This document shows positions 40,758-50,420 of a stretch of 64,000 nt of DNA, one piece after another. The DNA comes from an uncultured Pseudomonadota bacterium. GTDB lineage: Bacteria; CALINM01. Under the pieces are notes generated by a model that was given only the letters and a program-made list of their open reading frames with translations, had not been told where the DNA came from and ran no database searches. The stretch covers positions 10,010 to 74,009 of the forward strand of contig CAZIMS010000003.1 in NCBI GenBank assembly GCA_964540515.1, read 5' to 3'. A program made the translations under genes and the position numbers. Every line of letters begins with the position of its first letter. Positions within the stretch are counted from its first letter, which is position 1.

Positions 40758-41114
40758 ATGAAAGATACAAAAATTAATAGATTACCATTGTTAATAATTA
40801 TTTTTTTATTGCTCCTTTACGGAAAATACCTCTGGATATATATACCATTGATTTTGCTGATTCTAATAGAGCTATCTACTAAATCCTTAAGGTTATATGT
40901 ATATGCTTTAAAAAAAACTGTAAAAATTATAGGCACTGTGAATAACTGGGTTTTTCTTACTATAACTTATTTTTTGATCATAATCCCCATATCTTTTTTT
41001 TATAAAAAGAGTAAGAAATCAAAGATTAATTACTATACAAACTCATCTATCCCTTCTACTTTTTTGAATGTGGATTATAAAATTGATAGGGCAAGCTTCT
41101 TTAATCAATGGTAA
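40758..41114 (+). CDS. Small membrane protein (118 aa) adjacent to the carbamoyltransferase
   Basis: Two or three predicted transmembrane helices and a basic tail. No known motif. Confidence 0.4.
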   Translation: MKDTKINRLPLLIIIFLLLLYGKYLWIYIPLILLILIELSTKSLRLYVYALKKTVKIIGTVNNWVFLTITYFLIIIPISFFYKKSKKSKINYYTNSSIPSTFLNVDYKIDRASFFNQW

Positions 41115-42283
41115 TTTGGCATTTTGTTATCTGATTTTTCTAAAAAATTTTTTGATAAAAACTCTACAAGCAGTTCAGCGATTATACTGTTTGCTTTATC
41201 GTTTGGGTGTTTGTCTTTGGGATGCACCCATAGCTCATAGTCTTTATAAACTCTAAAATATGGGAATAAATCAATGTATGTTATTTTATTTTCTTGAAAA
41301 ACATTATGCATAAAGCTATGAATCTTAAAGAAAGGATACTCATCGTTGAGCTTATATAGGATAGGAAAAAACAAAACTATAAACTTAATATTTCTTCTAT
41401 CACATTCATTCTTAAGCTCTATCAAAGAAGTAATATTTAGTTGCAAATCATCTAAGTTATCTTCGGAATAAAGGTTGTAGTAGCTTTGTATAGTTTGGCT
41501 TTTTAGATCCCTTAAAAAGAACATTAGATCGATAAATCTGTATAGGTAAGAAAAGCTAAAAAATCTATCACTGTAATCAATATTCATAGGGGCACCTTCA
41601 AATAAGTCTAAAATTCGGGGATTGGGTTCAATTTTGTTGTTTTTTTTATCATAATAAAAAATGTTACCTTCAACATCATTTATGTTGAAGCCGTAAATAA
41701 CAATATCAGGAGTTAGTCTTAAGGCTATATCCATAAATATATGATAGCAGTTAAAAATGTTGTTTCCAGGGGATGCAAGGTTCATACATTCTATGTCTTT
41801 GTTAGGGAAAAGCTCTCTAAGTTTTTTACATACTTTCTCTGGGTAGGTTTCAGCATCAAAAAGCCCCCACCCAAAGGTAAAGGAGTCACCTAAAAAGGCA
41901 ACTCTAACTGAGTTTTTTGGTTTTTTCTCATCAAAGTCTTTACCTCTAAAGCCATAGTTATTTGTTTTTATAAAACCCCTTTTCTCAGTTGAAGAAAAAA
42001 AGCTGGAAGAAGGATAGATAAACTCCCACACACTATTGGGCTGGGGAAGTAAATATAAAATTTTGTTGTATCCATTAATCTCTCGAGTTTTAATTCTTAC
42101 GTTAGGTGCCTTAAGCTCATAGCTCTTGAAAATACGATTGTAAATAAAAGGAATTCTAAGAATAATCTCGGCAACTATAATCAGATATAAAAGATATAAA
42201 AAAGCTTGTATAAGCTTTGACTTCTTTATAATTATTTGTGGTGACATTAAAGATATTTTAAGAATTTCTCTTTTTTTTAGCAA
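41105..42283 (-). CDS. Membrane-anchored SGNH/GDSL-family hydrolase (esterase or acyltransferase-like)
   Basis: N-terminal transmembrane helix. Block I is AFLGDSFTFGWG (GDS), block III is GFNINDVEG (GxND), and block V is DKHPND (DxxH). Confidence 0.65.
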   Translation of the reverse strand: MLKKREILKISLMSPQIIIKKSKLIQAFLYLLYLIIVAEIILRIPFIYNRIFKSYELKAPNVRIKTREINGYNKILYLLPQPNSVWEFIYPSSSFFSSTEKRGFIKTNNYGFRGKDFDEKKPKNSVRVAFLGDSFTFGWGLFDAETYPEKVCKKLRELFPNKDIECMNLASPGNNIFNCYHIFMDIALRLTPDIVIYGFNINDVEGNIFYYDKKNNKIEPNPRILDLFEGAPMNIDYSDRFFSFSYLYRFIDLMFFLRDLKSQTIQSYYNLYSEDNLDDLQLNITSLIELKNECDRRNIKFIVLFFPILYKLNDEYPFFKIHSFMHNVFQENKITYIDLFPYFRVYKDYELWVHPKDKHPNDKANSIIAELLVEFLSKNFLEKSDNKMPNYH

Positions 42284-42396
42284 GCACCGTTATAAATTAA
42301 AAATAGGCTAATATTAAGTTTTGTTAAAGTTACAATTTTTTATTTAAAATCGACAATTTGACAAAGGTTTGATACATTTGTTAGCATAAGATTATT

Positions 42397-45342
42397 ATGA
42401 GACTTATAGTTATCTATGTGCTCTTTGCATTATCTGGTTTCTCTGCGCTGATTTACGAGCTTTTGTTTACCTACTATCTTAAATTGTTTTTAGGGCACTC
42501 TTCCTATTCTCAAACCTTAGTCTTAGCAGTTTTTATGGGAGGATTGACTATAGGCTCTTTTTTAATAGGTTATTTTATTAGGAAGATAAAGGATCCTGCT
42601 TTTTTTTATATTTTAGTAGAGGTTATTGTTGGATTATATGCCATTTTTTTTGATCCTATTTTTAGAAGCTTTATTGACTTTTCCTATAGATTTGTTATTC
42701 CAGATATTTCAGAGCCCCTATATATAGATCTCTACAGAATAATCTCCTCTACTATTCTAATTATCCCACAGTTTATTCTTTTGGGTACTACTTTTCCTTT
42801 AATAAGTTCCTTCTTATTTAAACTTGAGAATAACATTAATAGAGGCAAGATTTTAGCAAGCTTATATTTTACTAATACAATTGGTGGGGTGGCAGGCATC
42901 TTTTTGTCAGGTTTTATTCTACTTGATTATTTAGGTCTTAGAGAGACTATAACTTTAGCTGGTTATGTAAATATTTTTATAGCATTAGTAATTATCTTTT
43001 TACAAAAAAAAGAAAAAATTAAGGACACTACTAAGGATATTACTGATACGTTACCAAATTCTTTAAAATTAGACGATAGATATTATCTACTTTTTTTTGT
43101 TGCCTTTCTTACAGGTTTTTCTTCTTTTATTTATGAAGTGACCTGGATAAGGATGCTATCTTTAATTTTTGGGAACTCTGTTCATTCCTTTGAGATAATG
43201 CTTCTTTCTTTTCTATTAGGACTTGCCTTTGGTGGCTTCTTTTTGAGCAAGAGGATAGAAAATATAAATAATTGTATTTTTTATCTCATCAAGGTACAGG
43301 TGCTTATGGGTTTTTTTGCCATTGCAACTTTGCCTTTTTATAACATTTCTTTTGATATTTTTTGTTATCTTTTTAATATTTTCCCTAAAACTCAAGAAGG
43401 TTATCATCTTTACAATTTTGTTACTCAATCTATATCCATCTTAATAATGTTTCCTGCCACATTTTTTGCTGGTATGACATTGCCTTTGATAACGCATATC
43501 TTGATTAAGAATGGCTATGGTGAAAAAGTAATAGGCTATGTCTATGGAGTTAATACTATTGGAGCTGTTTTAGGAATTACTATTACTATATATTTTCTGA
43601 TTCCTATAATAGGTCTTAAGGATTCTCTTATTATAGGTGCCTTGATTGATATTATGATTGGTATTGAGCTTTTTTTAAAGTTTGGTGGTGAAAGAAAAAG
43701 TTTATTCAACAAAAAATATTTTTACTTTGCTACAGCTTTAACAGTTGTCCTTATAGGTTATTTTTTTGATCCCAAACCTTTAAAGCTTGTTTCAGGAATT
43801 TACAGGACAGGAGAGTTAATCAAAGATAAAGAAGCAAAAATTATCTATTATAAAGATGGCAAGACGGCAAGTATATCGGTTGTAAATATTGATGATGCCC
43901 TTTCTATTAGAACAAATGGAAAAAGTGATAGTGCTTTATGCATAGATCCTAAGAGACCTCCCGAGTTAGATGAGTACACGGTCTTCTTGTTAGGGTATCT
44001 ACCACAGCTATATATGCCAGAGGCAAAGAGTGCTGTAAATATTGGAATGGGAACAGGGGTAAGCAGTAATATATTATTAAGTAATAGAAATATTGAAGAG
44101 GTCTATACTGTTGAGATTGAGAAAGAGGTTGTAAAGGCAGGTAAGTTTTTCTCGCCCTTTAATGACCTTGTCTTTAAAGACGCAAGAAGCAAGATAGTTA
44201 TTGATGATGCGAGGAACTTTTTCATAAAGAATAAAAAAAAGTATGATATCATTATTTCGGAGCCTTCTAATCCTTGGATAACAGGAGTTGCTAGTCTTTT
44301 TACTAATGAGTTTTATAAGATTGTTGCTGAGGATCTAAAAGACGATGGGGTCTTGGTTCAATGGCTTCAGTTGTATGAGATTGATATTAGATTGATGGTA
44401 TCGGTATTTAAAGCCTTGTCTGAGCATTTTGAAGATTATTATATATACGCACCTAATGATAATGAGGTGCTTATAATATTAAAGAAGAAAGGGAAGCTGG
44501 GGACAATAAAAAGTCTTGTGACAAACAATGAAGTAAATTATTTTTTAAATAAACTAAATATAAATACCCTTTGTGACATTAAAGTCAGAAAAATTGGCAG
44601 TAAAGAGACAATGGAGAAATTTTTTAATACTTTTGATATCACAGCAAATAGTGATTACTTACCTATCCTTGAAAGACAAGCACCAATGGCAAGATTTATG
44701 AATGTTGGTGCAGGAGACTTCTTAAAAATAGCCAATTATTATGTGCCTTTACTTAGATTTTTTGAGGAAGAAAATAAAGGATTTAATTATGTTACCGATA
44801 ATAGCTGCTTTTCAAGGTCTAAGATGGCTTATAAAGCAAAAGTTGTAAGAGACATCTTCCTTTATGATGAGATTTGTTATAATACGCCAAAAGAGATACT
44901 GGAAGATATGTTAAAATTAAAAGCATATTTAAAGGATCCAGAAAAAGTTCTTAGCTTTGATGAGAGGATGAATTTACTGTTGGGTCTTGCTATAACAACA
45001 ATTCCCTACTTAGATGAGAGAGATTTGACTAATATGTGGGATAGTGTCATAAAAAGCAAAGCCTATCTAAGAATGACTGATATAGAAAAAAGTTGGATAG
45101 AACTATTTAGGAGTATCAGTGTTAGGGATATTTATAAGATGAGAGACCAGTCAAAAAAGATTATTCTTACTCTCAAGCAGATGCCTCAGATAGCTAAAGA
45201 GTATCTCTATACCTCTTATTTATTAAGTGATGTCTTATTGGGGTCAAAGAGTAATACTATTAATAATGAGATTAGGATTGAAAGAAGTTTTTGGGGTGAA
45301 AATACAATTATCTATGATTATCTGATGAGCCTATATCTATGA
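42397..45342 (+). CDS. Fused MFS-like membrane domain plus spermidine synthase-like (aminopropyltransferase fold) protein, 981 aa
   Basis: About 12 N-terminal transmembrane helices. The central domain has VNIGMGTGV...IVIDDARNFF...YDIIISEPSNPW, the polyamine aminopropyltransferase (PABS) signature. A C-terminal extension of about 400 aa follows. Confidence 0.7.
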   Translation: MRLIVIYVLFALSGFSALIYELLFTYYLKLFLGHSSYSQTLVLAVFMGGLTIGSFLIGYFIRKIKDPAFFYILVEVIVGLYAIFFDPIFRSFIDFSYRFVIPDISEPLYIDLYRIISSTILIIPQFILLGTTFPLISSFLFKLENNINRGKILASLYFTNTIGGVAGIFLSGFILLDYLGLRETITLAGYVNIFIALVIIFLQKKEKIKDTTKDITDTLPNSLKLDDRYYLLFFVAFLTGFSSFIYEVTWIRMLSLIFGNSVHSFEIMLLSFLLGLAFGGFFLSKRIENINNCIFYLIKVQVLMGFFAIATLPFYNISFDIFCYLFNIFPKTQEGYHLYNFVTQSISILIMFPATFFAGMTLPLITHILIKNGYGEKVIGYVYGVNTIGAVLGITITIYFLIPIIGLKDSLIIGALIDIMIGIELFLKFGGERKSLFNKKYFYFATALTVVLIGYFFDPKPLKLVSGIYRTGELIKDKEAKIIYYKDGKTASISVVNIDDALSIRTNGKSDSALCIDPKRPPELDEYTVFLLGYLPQLYMPEAKSAVNIGMGTGVSSNILLSNRNIEEVYTVEIEKEVVKAGKFFSPFNDLVFKDARSKIVIDDARNFFIKNKKKYDIIISEPSNPWITGVASLFTNEFYKIVAEDLKDDGVLVQWLQLYEIDIRLMVSVFKALSEHFEDYYIYAPNDNEVLIILKKKGKLGTIKSLVTNNEVNYFLNKLNINTLCDIKVRKIGSKETMEKFFNTFDITANSDYLPILERQAPMARFMNVGAGDFLKIANYYVPLLRFFEEENKGFNYVTDNSCFSRSKMAYKAKVVRDIFLYDEICYNTPKEILEDMLKLKAYLKDPEKVLSFDERMNLLLGLAITTIPYLDERDLTNMWDSVIKSKAYLRMTDIEKSWIELFRSISVRDIYKMRDQSKKIILTLKQMPQIAKEYLYTSYLLSDVLLGSKSNTINNEIRIERSFWGENTIIYDYLMSLYL

Positions 45343-46598
45343 GTAGAGAACATAAAGAGATTAAAAAATGTAGAATTTGTGGTAATGATGATTTTGAGGA
45401 GATAATATCTTTAGGTAATTTAGCCTTTACAGGCATTTTTCCCAAAAAAAAAACTATATCTGTACCTTATGGTCCCCTAACGGTTATTAAGTGTTCAGAA
45501 AAGAATGGAAAAGGCTGTGGAGTCCTTCAGTTAAAACATAGTTTCGATAAGTATAAGCTTTATGGCGAGAGTTATGGCTATAGGTCAGCCCTAAATGTAA
45601 GTATGGTTAATCATCTGAAAGATATTTCTATGGATATTAAAAAAATCTTGGATCTGAAAAAAGACGATATTATCTTGGATATAGGTAGTAATGACGGCAC
45701 CTTTCTTTCCTTTTTCGAAAAAGATTACATACTGATAGGCGTTGATCCAACAGCTCTAAAGTTTATTAAATATTATAGAGATGACATTATGGTAATAGCA
45801 GATTTTTTTAGCAAAGATAAGGTTATTAAGCTTATAGGTAAAAAAAGACCTAAGGTTATAACTTCTATTGCTATGTTTTATGATTTAGAAGATCCTGTAG
45901 CCTTTGCTAAAGAGATTAATGATCTACTTGATGATGATGGATTATGGGTATTTGAACAGAGCTATACTCCCAATATTTTTAAAAAAAACGGCTATGATAC
46001 AATATGTCATGAGCATTTACTTTATTACTCATTGAGAGATATAAAATTGATCTTGGATAAGTCTGGTTTTAAGATTTTAGAGATAAAACTAAATAACGTA
46101 AACGGTGCGAGCATAAGGTTATATGCTGCAAAAAGTAGATCGAGATATAAAAGTGCTACAAAGAAGATAAAAGCCATCTTGGAATATGAAAGAAGGATTG
46201 GTTTTTATGAAGAGCCTTTTTTTAAAAATTTTAGAGAGGCTATTTTAAGACACAAAGATGAACTAGTTGGTTTTATTGAGAATGAAATCAAGAAGGGCAA
46301 AAAGTTTTTTGGTTACGGTGCTTCTACAAAAGGTAATGTAATCCTACAGTTTTGTGGTATAAACGATAGGCATATTAAATATATAGCGGAGGTAAATGAG
46401 GATAAGTTTGGTAACTATACCCCAGGAAGTTTGATTAAGATTATATCCGAAAGAGATGCAAGGCAGCTTAGACCAGATTATTTTTTGGTTCTGCCATGGC
46501 ATTTTAAAAAAGGGATTATTTCAAAAGAAGATTCCTATCTTAAAAGTGGTGGCAAACTGGTTTTTCCCCTTCCTAACTTAGAGGTAATTAATGGCTAA
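45339..46598 (+). CDS. SAM-dependent C-methyltransferase with an N-terminal zinc ribbon (sugar C-methyltransferase family, TylCIII/NovU-like)
   Basis: N-terminal CRICGNDDFEEI...C..C zinc-binding domain, a class I methyltransferase core (ILDIGSNDGTF), and a C-terminal domain typical of the Methyltransf_13/14 pair. Confidence 0.7.
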   Translation: MSREHKEIKKCRICGNDDFEEIISLGNLAFTGIFPKKKTISVPYGPLTVIKCSEKNGKGCGVLQLKHSFDKYKLYGESYGYRSALNVSMVNHLKDISMDIKKILDLKKDDIILDIGSNDGTFLSFFEKDYILIGVDPTALKFIKYYRDDIMVIADFFSKDKVIKLIGKKRPKVITSIAMFYDLEDPVAFAKEINDLLDDDGLWVFEQSYTPNIFKKNGYDTICHEHLLYYSLRDIKLILDKSGFKILEIKLNNVNGASIRLYAAKSRSRYKSATKKIKAILEYERRIGFYEEPFFKNFREAILRHKDELVGFIENEIKKGKKFFGYGASTKGNVILQFCGINDRHIKYIAEVNEDKFGNYTPGSLIKIISERDARQLRPDYFLVLPWHFKKGIISKEDSYLKSGGKLVFPLPNLEVING

Positions 46599-47523
46599 TG
46601 TTTTTATAGTAGGTGCTGGCGGTCAGGATGGCAGGATCTTGTTGAACTATCTCAAGAATGAAGAGGTTATATGCTTCTATAAAGAGAGGATATCTTTTTT
46701 ATCTGAAAGAAGGGAGATAAATATAGAAGAATATAAAAAAGAGATAGTTTTTGATATGGTAAGAAGATATAATCCTCAATATTTATACTATCTGGCAGGT
46801 TATCACCATTCTTCCGAAGAAAGTCAAGGGCTTGATATTGATGTATTTGAGAGGAGTAATTTTACCCATGCAGTCTTGTTTAGTTATTTTCTGGAAGCAA
46901 TGAGATTGTATGCCCCTAAGGGTCGTATCTTTTATGCAGCCTCATCTTTAATTTATGGCAATCCTAAGGTAGAGATATTAGATGAGAATAGGCCTATAAA
47001 TCCTATATGCCTTTATGGTATTACAAAGGCCACAGGATTTTTTTTAGCCAAATATTATAGAGAAAAACATAATATGTTTGTTTCTAATGGAATCCTATTT
47101 AATCACGAATCTGAATATAGACCCGAGAGATTTCTTTTTACTAAGGTAATCAAAAGGGCCTTTGCCATAAAAAATGGTTTAGAAAATAAACTATTAATTG
47201 GGAATCTCAAGGCGGTAAACGACTGGGGATATGCCTATGATTATGTGAAGGCAATGATTAATATTTTAAATCTTAAAAATGCTGATGATTTTGTAATAGC
47301 GAGCGGTGAGGCTCACAGCGTAGAAGAGCTTGTGGAGATAGTTTTTTCCCATTTAGGTTTAAACTATAAGGATTATGTATGTGAAGATAGTAGCTTAATT
47401 GTAAGAAATAAGCCTGTCTTGATAGGAAATCCTTCAAAATTAATTAAAGCGACTGGCTGGAAGAGAGAGGTTAGTTTTAAAGAGATGATAATAAGAATTA
47501 TGGATGCTTTAAGAGATGGATAG
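46591..47523 (+). CDS. NAD(P)-dependent sugar nucleotide 4,6-dehydratase/reductase of the GDP-mannose 4,6-dehydratase (Gmd/Rmd) family
   Basis: Rossmann motif VGAGGQDGRIL, catalytic YGITKATGFFLAKYY (YxxxK), and ILFNHESEYRPERFLFTKVIKR matching the Gmd NHESPRRGxxFVTRKI block. Confidence 0.7.
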   Translation: MANVFIVGAGGQDGRILLNYLKNEEVICFYKERISFLSERREINIEEYKKEIVFDMVRRYNPQYLYYLAGYHHSSEESQGLDIDVFERSNFTHAVLFSYFLEAMRLYAPKGRIFYAASSLIYGNPKVEILDENRPINPICLYGITKATGFFLAKYYREKHNMFVSNGILFNHESEYRPERFLFTKVIKRAFAIKNGLENKLLIGNLKAVNDWGYAYDYVKAMINILNLKNADDFVIASGEAHSVEELVEIVFSHLGLNYKDYVCEDSSLIVRNKPVLIGNPSKLIKATGWKREVSFKEMIIRIMDALRDG

Positions 47524-48226
47524 ACTACTAATTTTTATTCCTACCTACAATGAAAAAGAGAATGTTAAAGAAATGGTTAGACAGATCAACTCTACAAATT
47601 TAGAGTTGGACCTTCTTTTTGCTGATGACAACTCTCCTGATGGAACAGGTAAGATACTTAATGAACTAAAAAAGGAATATAAAAACCTCTTAGTGGTTCA
47701 TAGAGAAAAGAAAATGGGTATAGGTAGTGCCCACAAGTTTGGCATTAAATACGCCTATGATAATAATTATGATTATCTGATTACTATGGATTGTGATTTT
47801 ACCCATAGTCCTTCTGATATAACAAAATTTTTGAAAGAAAAAGACTATGATGTTGTAGTAGGTACACGTTATAAAGATAAGAAAAGTTTAGAAGATTGGA
47901 ATTTATATAGAAGATTTCTAACAAAATTAGGACATTTCTTAACAAAAACCCTATTATCTTTAGAGTATGATGCGACAGGTGCTTTTAGATTATACAATTT
48001 AAAGAAGATTGATAGTGAAATTTTTGATAAAGTTGAATCTAATGGTTATGCCTTTTTTTTTGAGAGCTTATTTTTCCTAAACTTAAAGGGTTATAAGATT
48101 AAAGAAGTTCCCATAATCCTTCCCAAGAGAACTTATGGCAGCTCAAAAATGTCCTTTCTTGAGATCTTTAAAAGCCTCAAAAGGCTTGGAAGACTTTTTT
48201 TGTACAGAACTGGAATTTTAAGATGA
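47516..48226 (+). CDS. GT2 glycosyltransferase, polyprenyl-phosphate sugar synthase (Dpm1-like), copy 2
   Basis: LLIFIPTYNEKENV...LLFADDNSPDGT...ITMDCDFTH. Confidence 0.8.
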   Translation: MDRLLIFIPTYNEKENVKEMVRQINSTNLELDLLFADDNSPDGTGKILNELKKEYKNLLVVHREKKMGIGSAHKFGIKYAYDNNYDYLITMDCDFTHSPSDITKFLKEKDYDVVVGTRYKDKKSLEDWNLYRRFLTKLGHFLTKTLLSLEYDATGAFRLYNLKKIDSEIFDKVESNGYAFFFESLFFLNLKGYKIKEVPIILPKRTYGSSKMSFLEIFKSLKRLGRLFLYRTGILR

Positions 48227-48870
48227 CTATGGACTGGGAAGAGTACTGGCAGGCAAAAAAAGTTGGGAAGAGACCTTTTTATGATATTATTGCCTCTCTA
48301 TACAGATTTTTTATAATAAGAAGAAGCCTAAATTATTTTATCAAGAAATATGCCAAAAAAGAGAATTATCTCCTCCACGCAGGCTCAGGGAGTGGTGAAG
48401 TAGATAAAGACCTAATATATAATTATAAGATATTTGCTATTGATAGCTCAGCTGAGGCGATGAATATTAACAGAGTTGATAATTATAAAGTGAGAGGCGA
48501 TATCTTTTTCTTACCCTTTAGGGATAATACTTTTGATATAGTCTATAATCTCGGAGTGCTTGAACACTTTAGTAGAGGTGAGATAATAAAATTGCTTTGT
48601 GAGTTTAAAAGAGTTCTCAAGAAGAAAGGCTATCTTATAGTTTTTATACCACCAGAGTTTGGATTAACGGTGGTCTTTTTCAAATTACTCAAGAAGTTTT
48701 TAAAAATTTTTATGAGAAGTGAGGTTGAGTTTCATCCCAAAGAGCCATCGAGACTAAAGTCTAAAAAAGAAGCTCTGGAATTTTTAGATGAGTCTGGTTT
48801 AAAATTAAAAGAATATTACTTTGGCATAAGAGACCTCTTTACTTATTCTGTAATAATAGCTGAAAAATGA
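48223..48870 (+). CDS. Class I SAM-dependent methyltransferase
   Basis: LLHAGSGSGEVD (motif I) and a downstream acidic-loop motif. The protein is 215 aa. Confidence 0.6.
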   Translation: MTMDWEEYWQAKKVGKRPFYDIIASLYRFFIIRRSLNYFIKKYAKKENYLLHAGSGSGEVDKDLIYNYKIFAIDSSAEAMNINRVDNYKVRGDIFFLPFRDNTFDIVYNLGVLEHFSRGEIIKLLCEFKRVLKKKGYLIVFIPPEFGLTVVFFKLLKKFLKIFMRSEVEFHPKEPSRLKSKKEALEFLDESGLKLKEYYFGIRDLFTYSVIIAEK

Positions 48871-50420
48871 TCAAGACAGAAAAAAAACTCTACATTTTTT
48901 TATTACTTTTAATAACCTCAATATTTTATCTGAGAGTTTTCTTCCTTGATTTTGTATGGGATGATATACCTCAGGTAATACATAATACAACGGTTAAAAA
49001 TTTTGATCTTTTCAATATGTTTATAAAAGATGGAGAGTGGGGGATAGCAGTTAGGGAGACAAAAACACCTTACTATAGGCCAATCTTTATATTATCTTTA
49101 GCCATAGATTACCTTATTGCTGGTGAAAATCCAGCGTTTTTTCATACAACCAATCTAATATTACATCTTCTTCTAACTTTAGCAATATTTTATACGCTTT
49201 CTTACTACTTTGAGGATAAATTTTATGCCTTTTTAGGCTCCTTGTTTGTAGCTCTTTATCCTGCAAGGGCTGAGGCTGTTGTCTATGTAAGTGCAAGGCT
49301 TCATATTTTAGGAGCTCTTTTTTCGATATTAACCTTTTATCTATTAAAAAGATATTTTACTGAAAATAATAAAAAACTATATTACCTTTCAGTTTTAACC
49401 TTTTTTCTAAGTATCTTTAGTTTTGAGATGAGTCTCTTCTTGCCAGTCTTTGTAATTTTAGAAAATGGCTTCTCAAAGTTGAAAAATACAGTCAAGATAT
49501 TGGCGCCTCATATTGTTCTGATTATAATCTATTTTCTTGCAAGATGGTTAGTACTTACGAAGTATATATGGTTTGATGTGCCCTTTCCTACAAAGTTTTT
49601 TACTGGATTAGCCACTTTTGTTAAGTATTTAGAGATAATTTTTTTCCCCTTTAATCTGAAAACCTTTTATGAAAATTTTGATTATTTCAAGAAAAATATT
49701 GATTTAGATGTGGCTTTTGGTTTTGTCTTGCTTAGCCTATTAATATACAGTCTCTACATATCTTACAAGAAAAATAGGGTAATATTTTTGGGGCTACTGT
49801 GGTTTTTGTTAACATTCTTCTTTGTATCTAATATCCCCTATCTTATGTATCCATCACTAATAGCAGAAAGATATCTTTACTTTCCATTAATAGGACTTGC
49901 TTTTATTATCCCTGAGTGTTTTAGAGTTTCTATAAAGGATGAGAATAAAAAAAAGATAATAATAGTAAGTGTTACTATTTTGTTTTTAATACCTGCCTTC
50001 TATTCAATTTATAAAAGGACAACACCTTATAAAAACAATCTTCTCTTTTGGCAAGAGGCTATAAAGGATGCCCCTAAAAATACTTATGCCCTTGATCAGC
50101 TTGCGCAGGTTTATTTAGGAATGAATAACTATTTTGAGGCTTTAAGGCTCTATGAGATAATTGCTGAGATTAATCCAGGAGATTTTGATAATTATACAAA
50201 GATGGGCAATTTTTATTTAAAATTTGGCAATTATTTAAACGCTGAGATTTACTACAACAAGGCTTTAGAGATAAAAGAGTATGATGAGGCCTATTGGGGG
50301 CTTGCAAGAGTTAATATATTAAAAAATGATTTTGAGAAAGCCAAAATCTACCTTGAAAAGGCTATAAAAATATCCCCTCATAAGAAAAAATATAGAGAAA
50401 GCTTACAGAGTATTAGGTAA
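48867..50420 (+). CDS. TMTC/DUF1736-like TM+TPR GT-C glycosyltransferase (paralog)
   Basis: LDFVWDDIPQV, PYYRPIFIL, SARLHI and IAERYLYFP, followed by C-terminal TPRs. Confidence 0.65.
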   Translation: MIKTEKKLYIFLLLLITSIFYLRVFFLDFVWDDIPQVIHNTTVKNFDLFNMFIKDGEWGIAVRETKTPYYRPIFILSLAIDYLIAGENPAFFHTTNLILHLLLTLAIFYTLSYYFEDKFYAFLGSLFVALYPARAEAVVYVSARLHILGALFSILTFYLLKRYFTENNKKLYYLSVLTFFLSIFSFEMSLFLPVFVILENGFSKLKNTVKILAPHIVLIIIYFLARWLVLTKYIWFDVPFPTKFFTGLATFVKYLEIIFFPFNLKTFYENFDYFKKNIDLDVAFGFVLLSLLIYSLYISYKKNRVIFLGLLWFLLTFFFVSNIPYLMYPSLIAERYLYFPLIGLAFIIPECFRVSIKDENKKKIIIVSVTILFLIPAFYSIYKRTTPYKNNLLFWQEAIKDAPKNTYALDQLAQVYLGMNNYFEALRLYEIIAEINPGDFDNYTKMGNFYLKFGNYLNAEIYYNKALEIKEYDEAYWGLARVNILKNDFEKAKIYLEKAIKISPHKKKYRESLQSIR

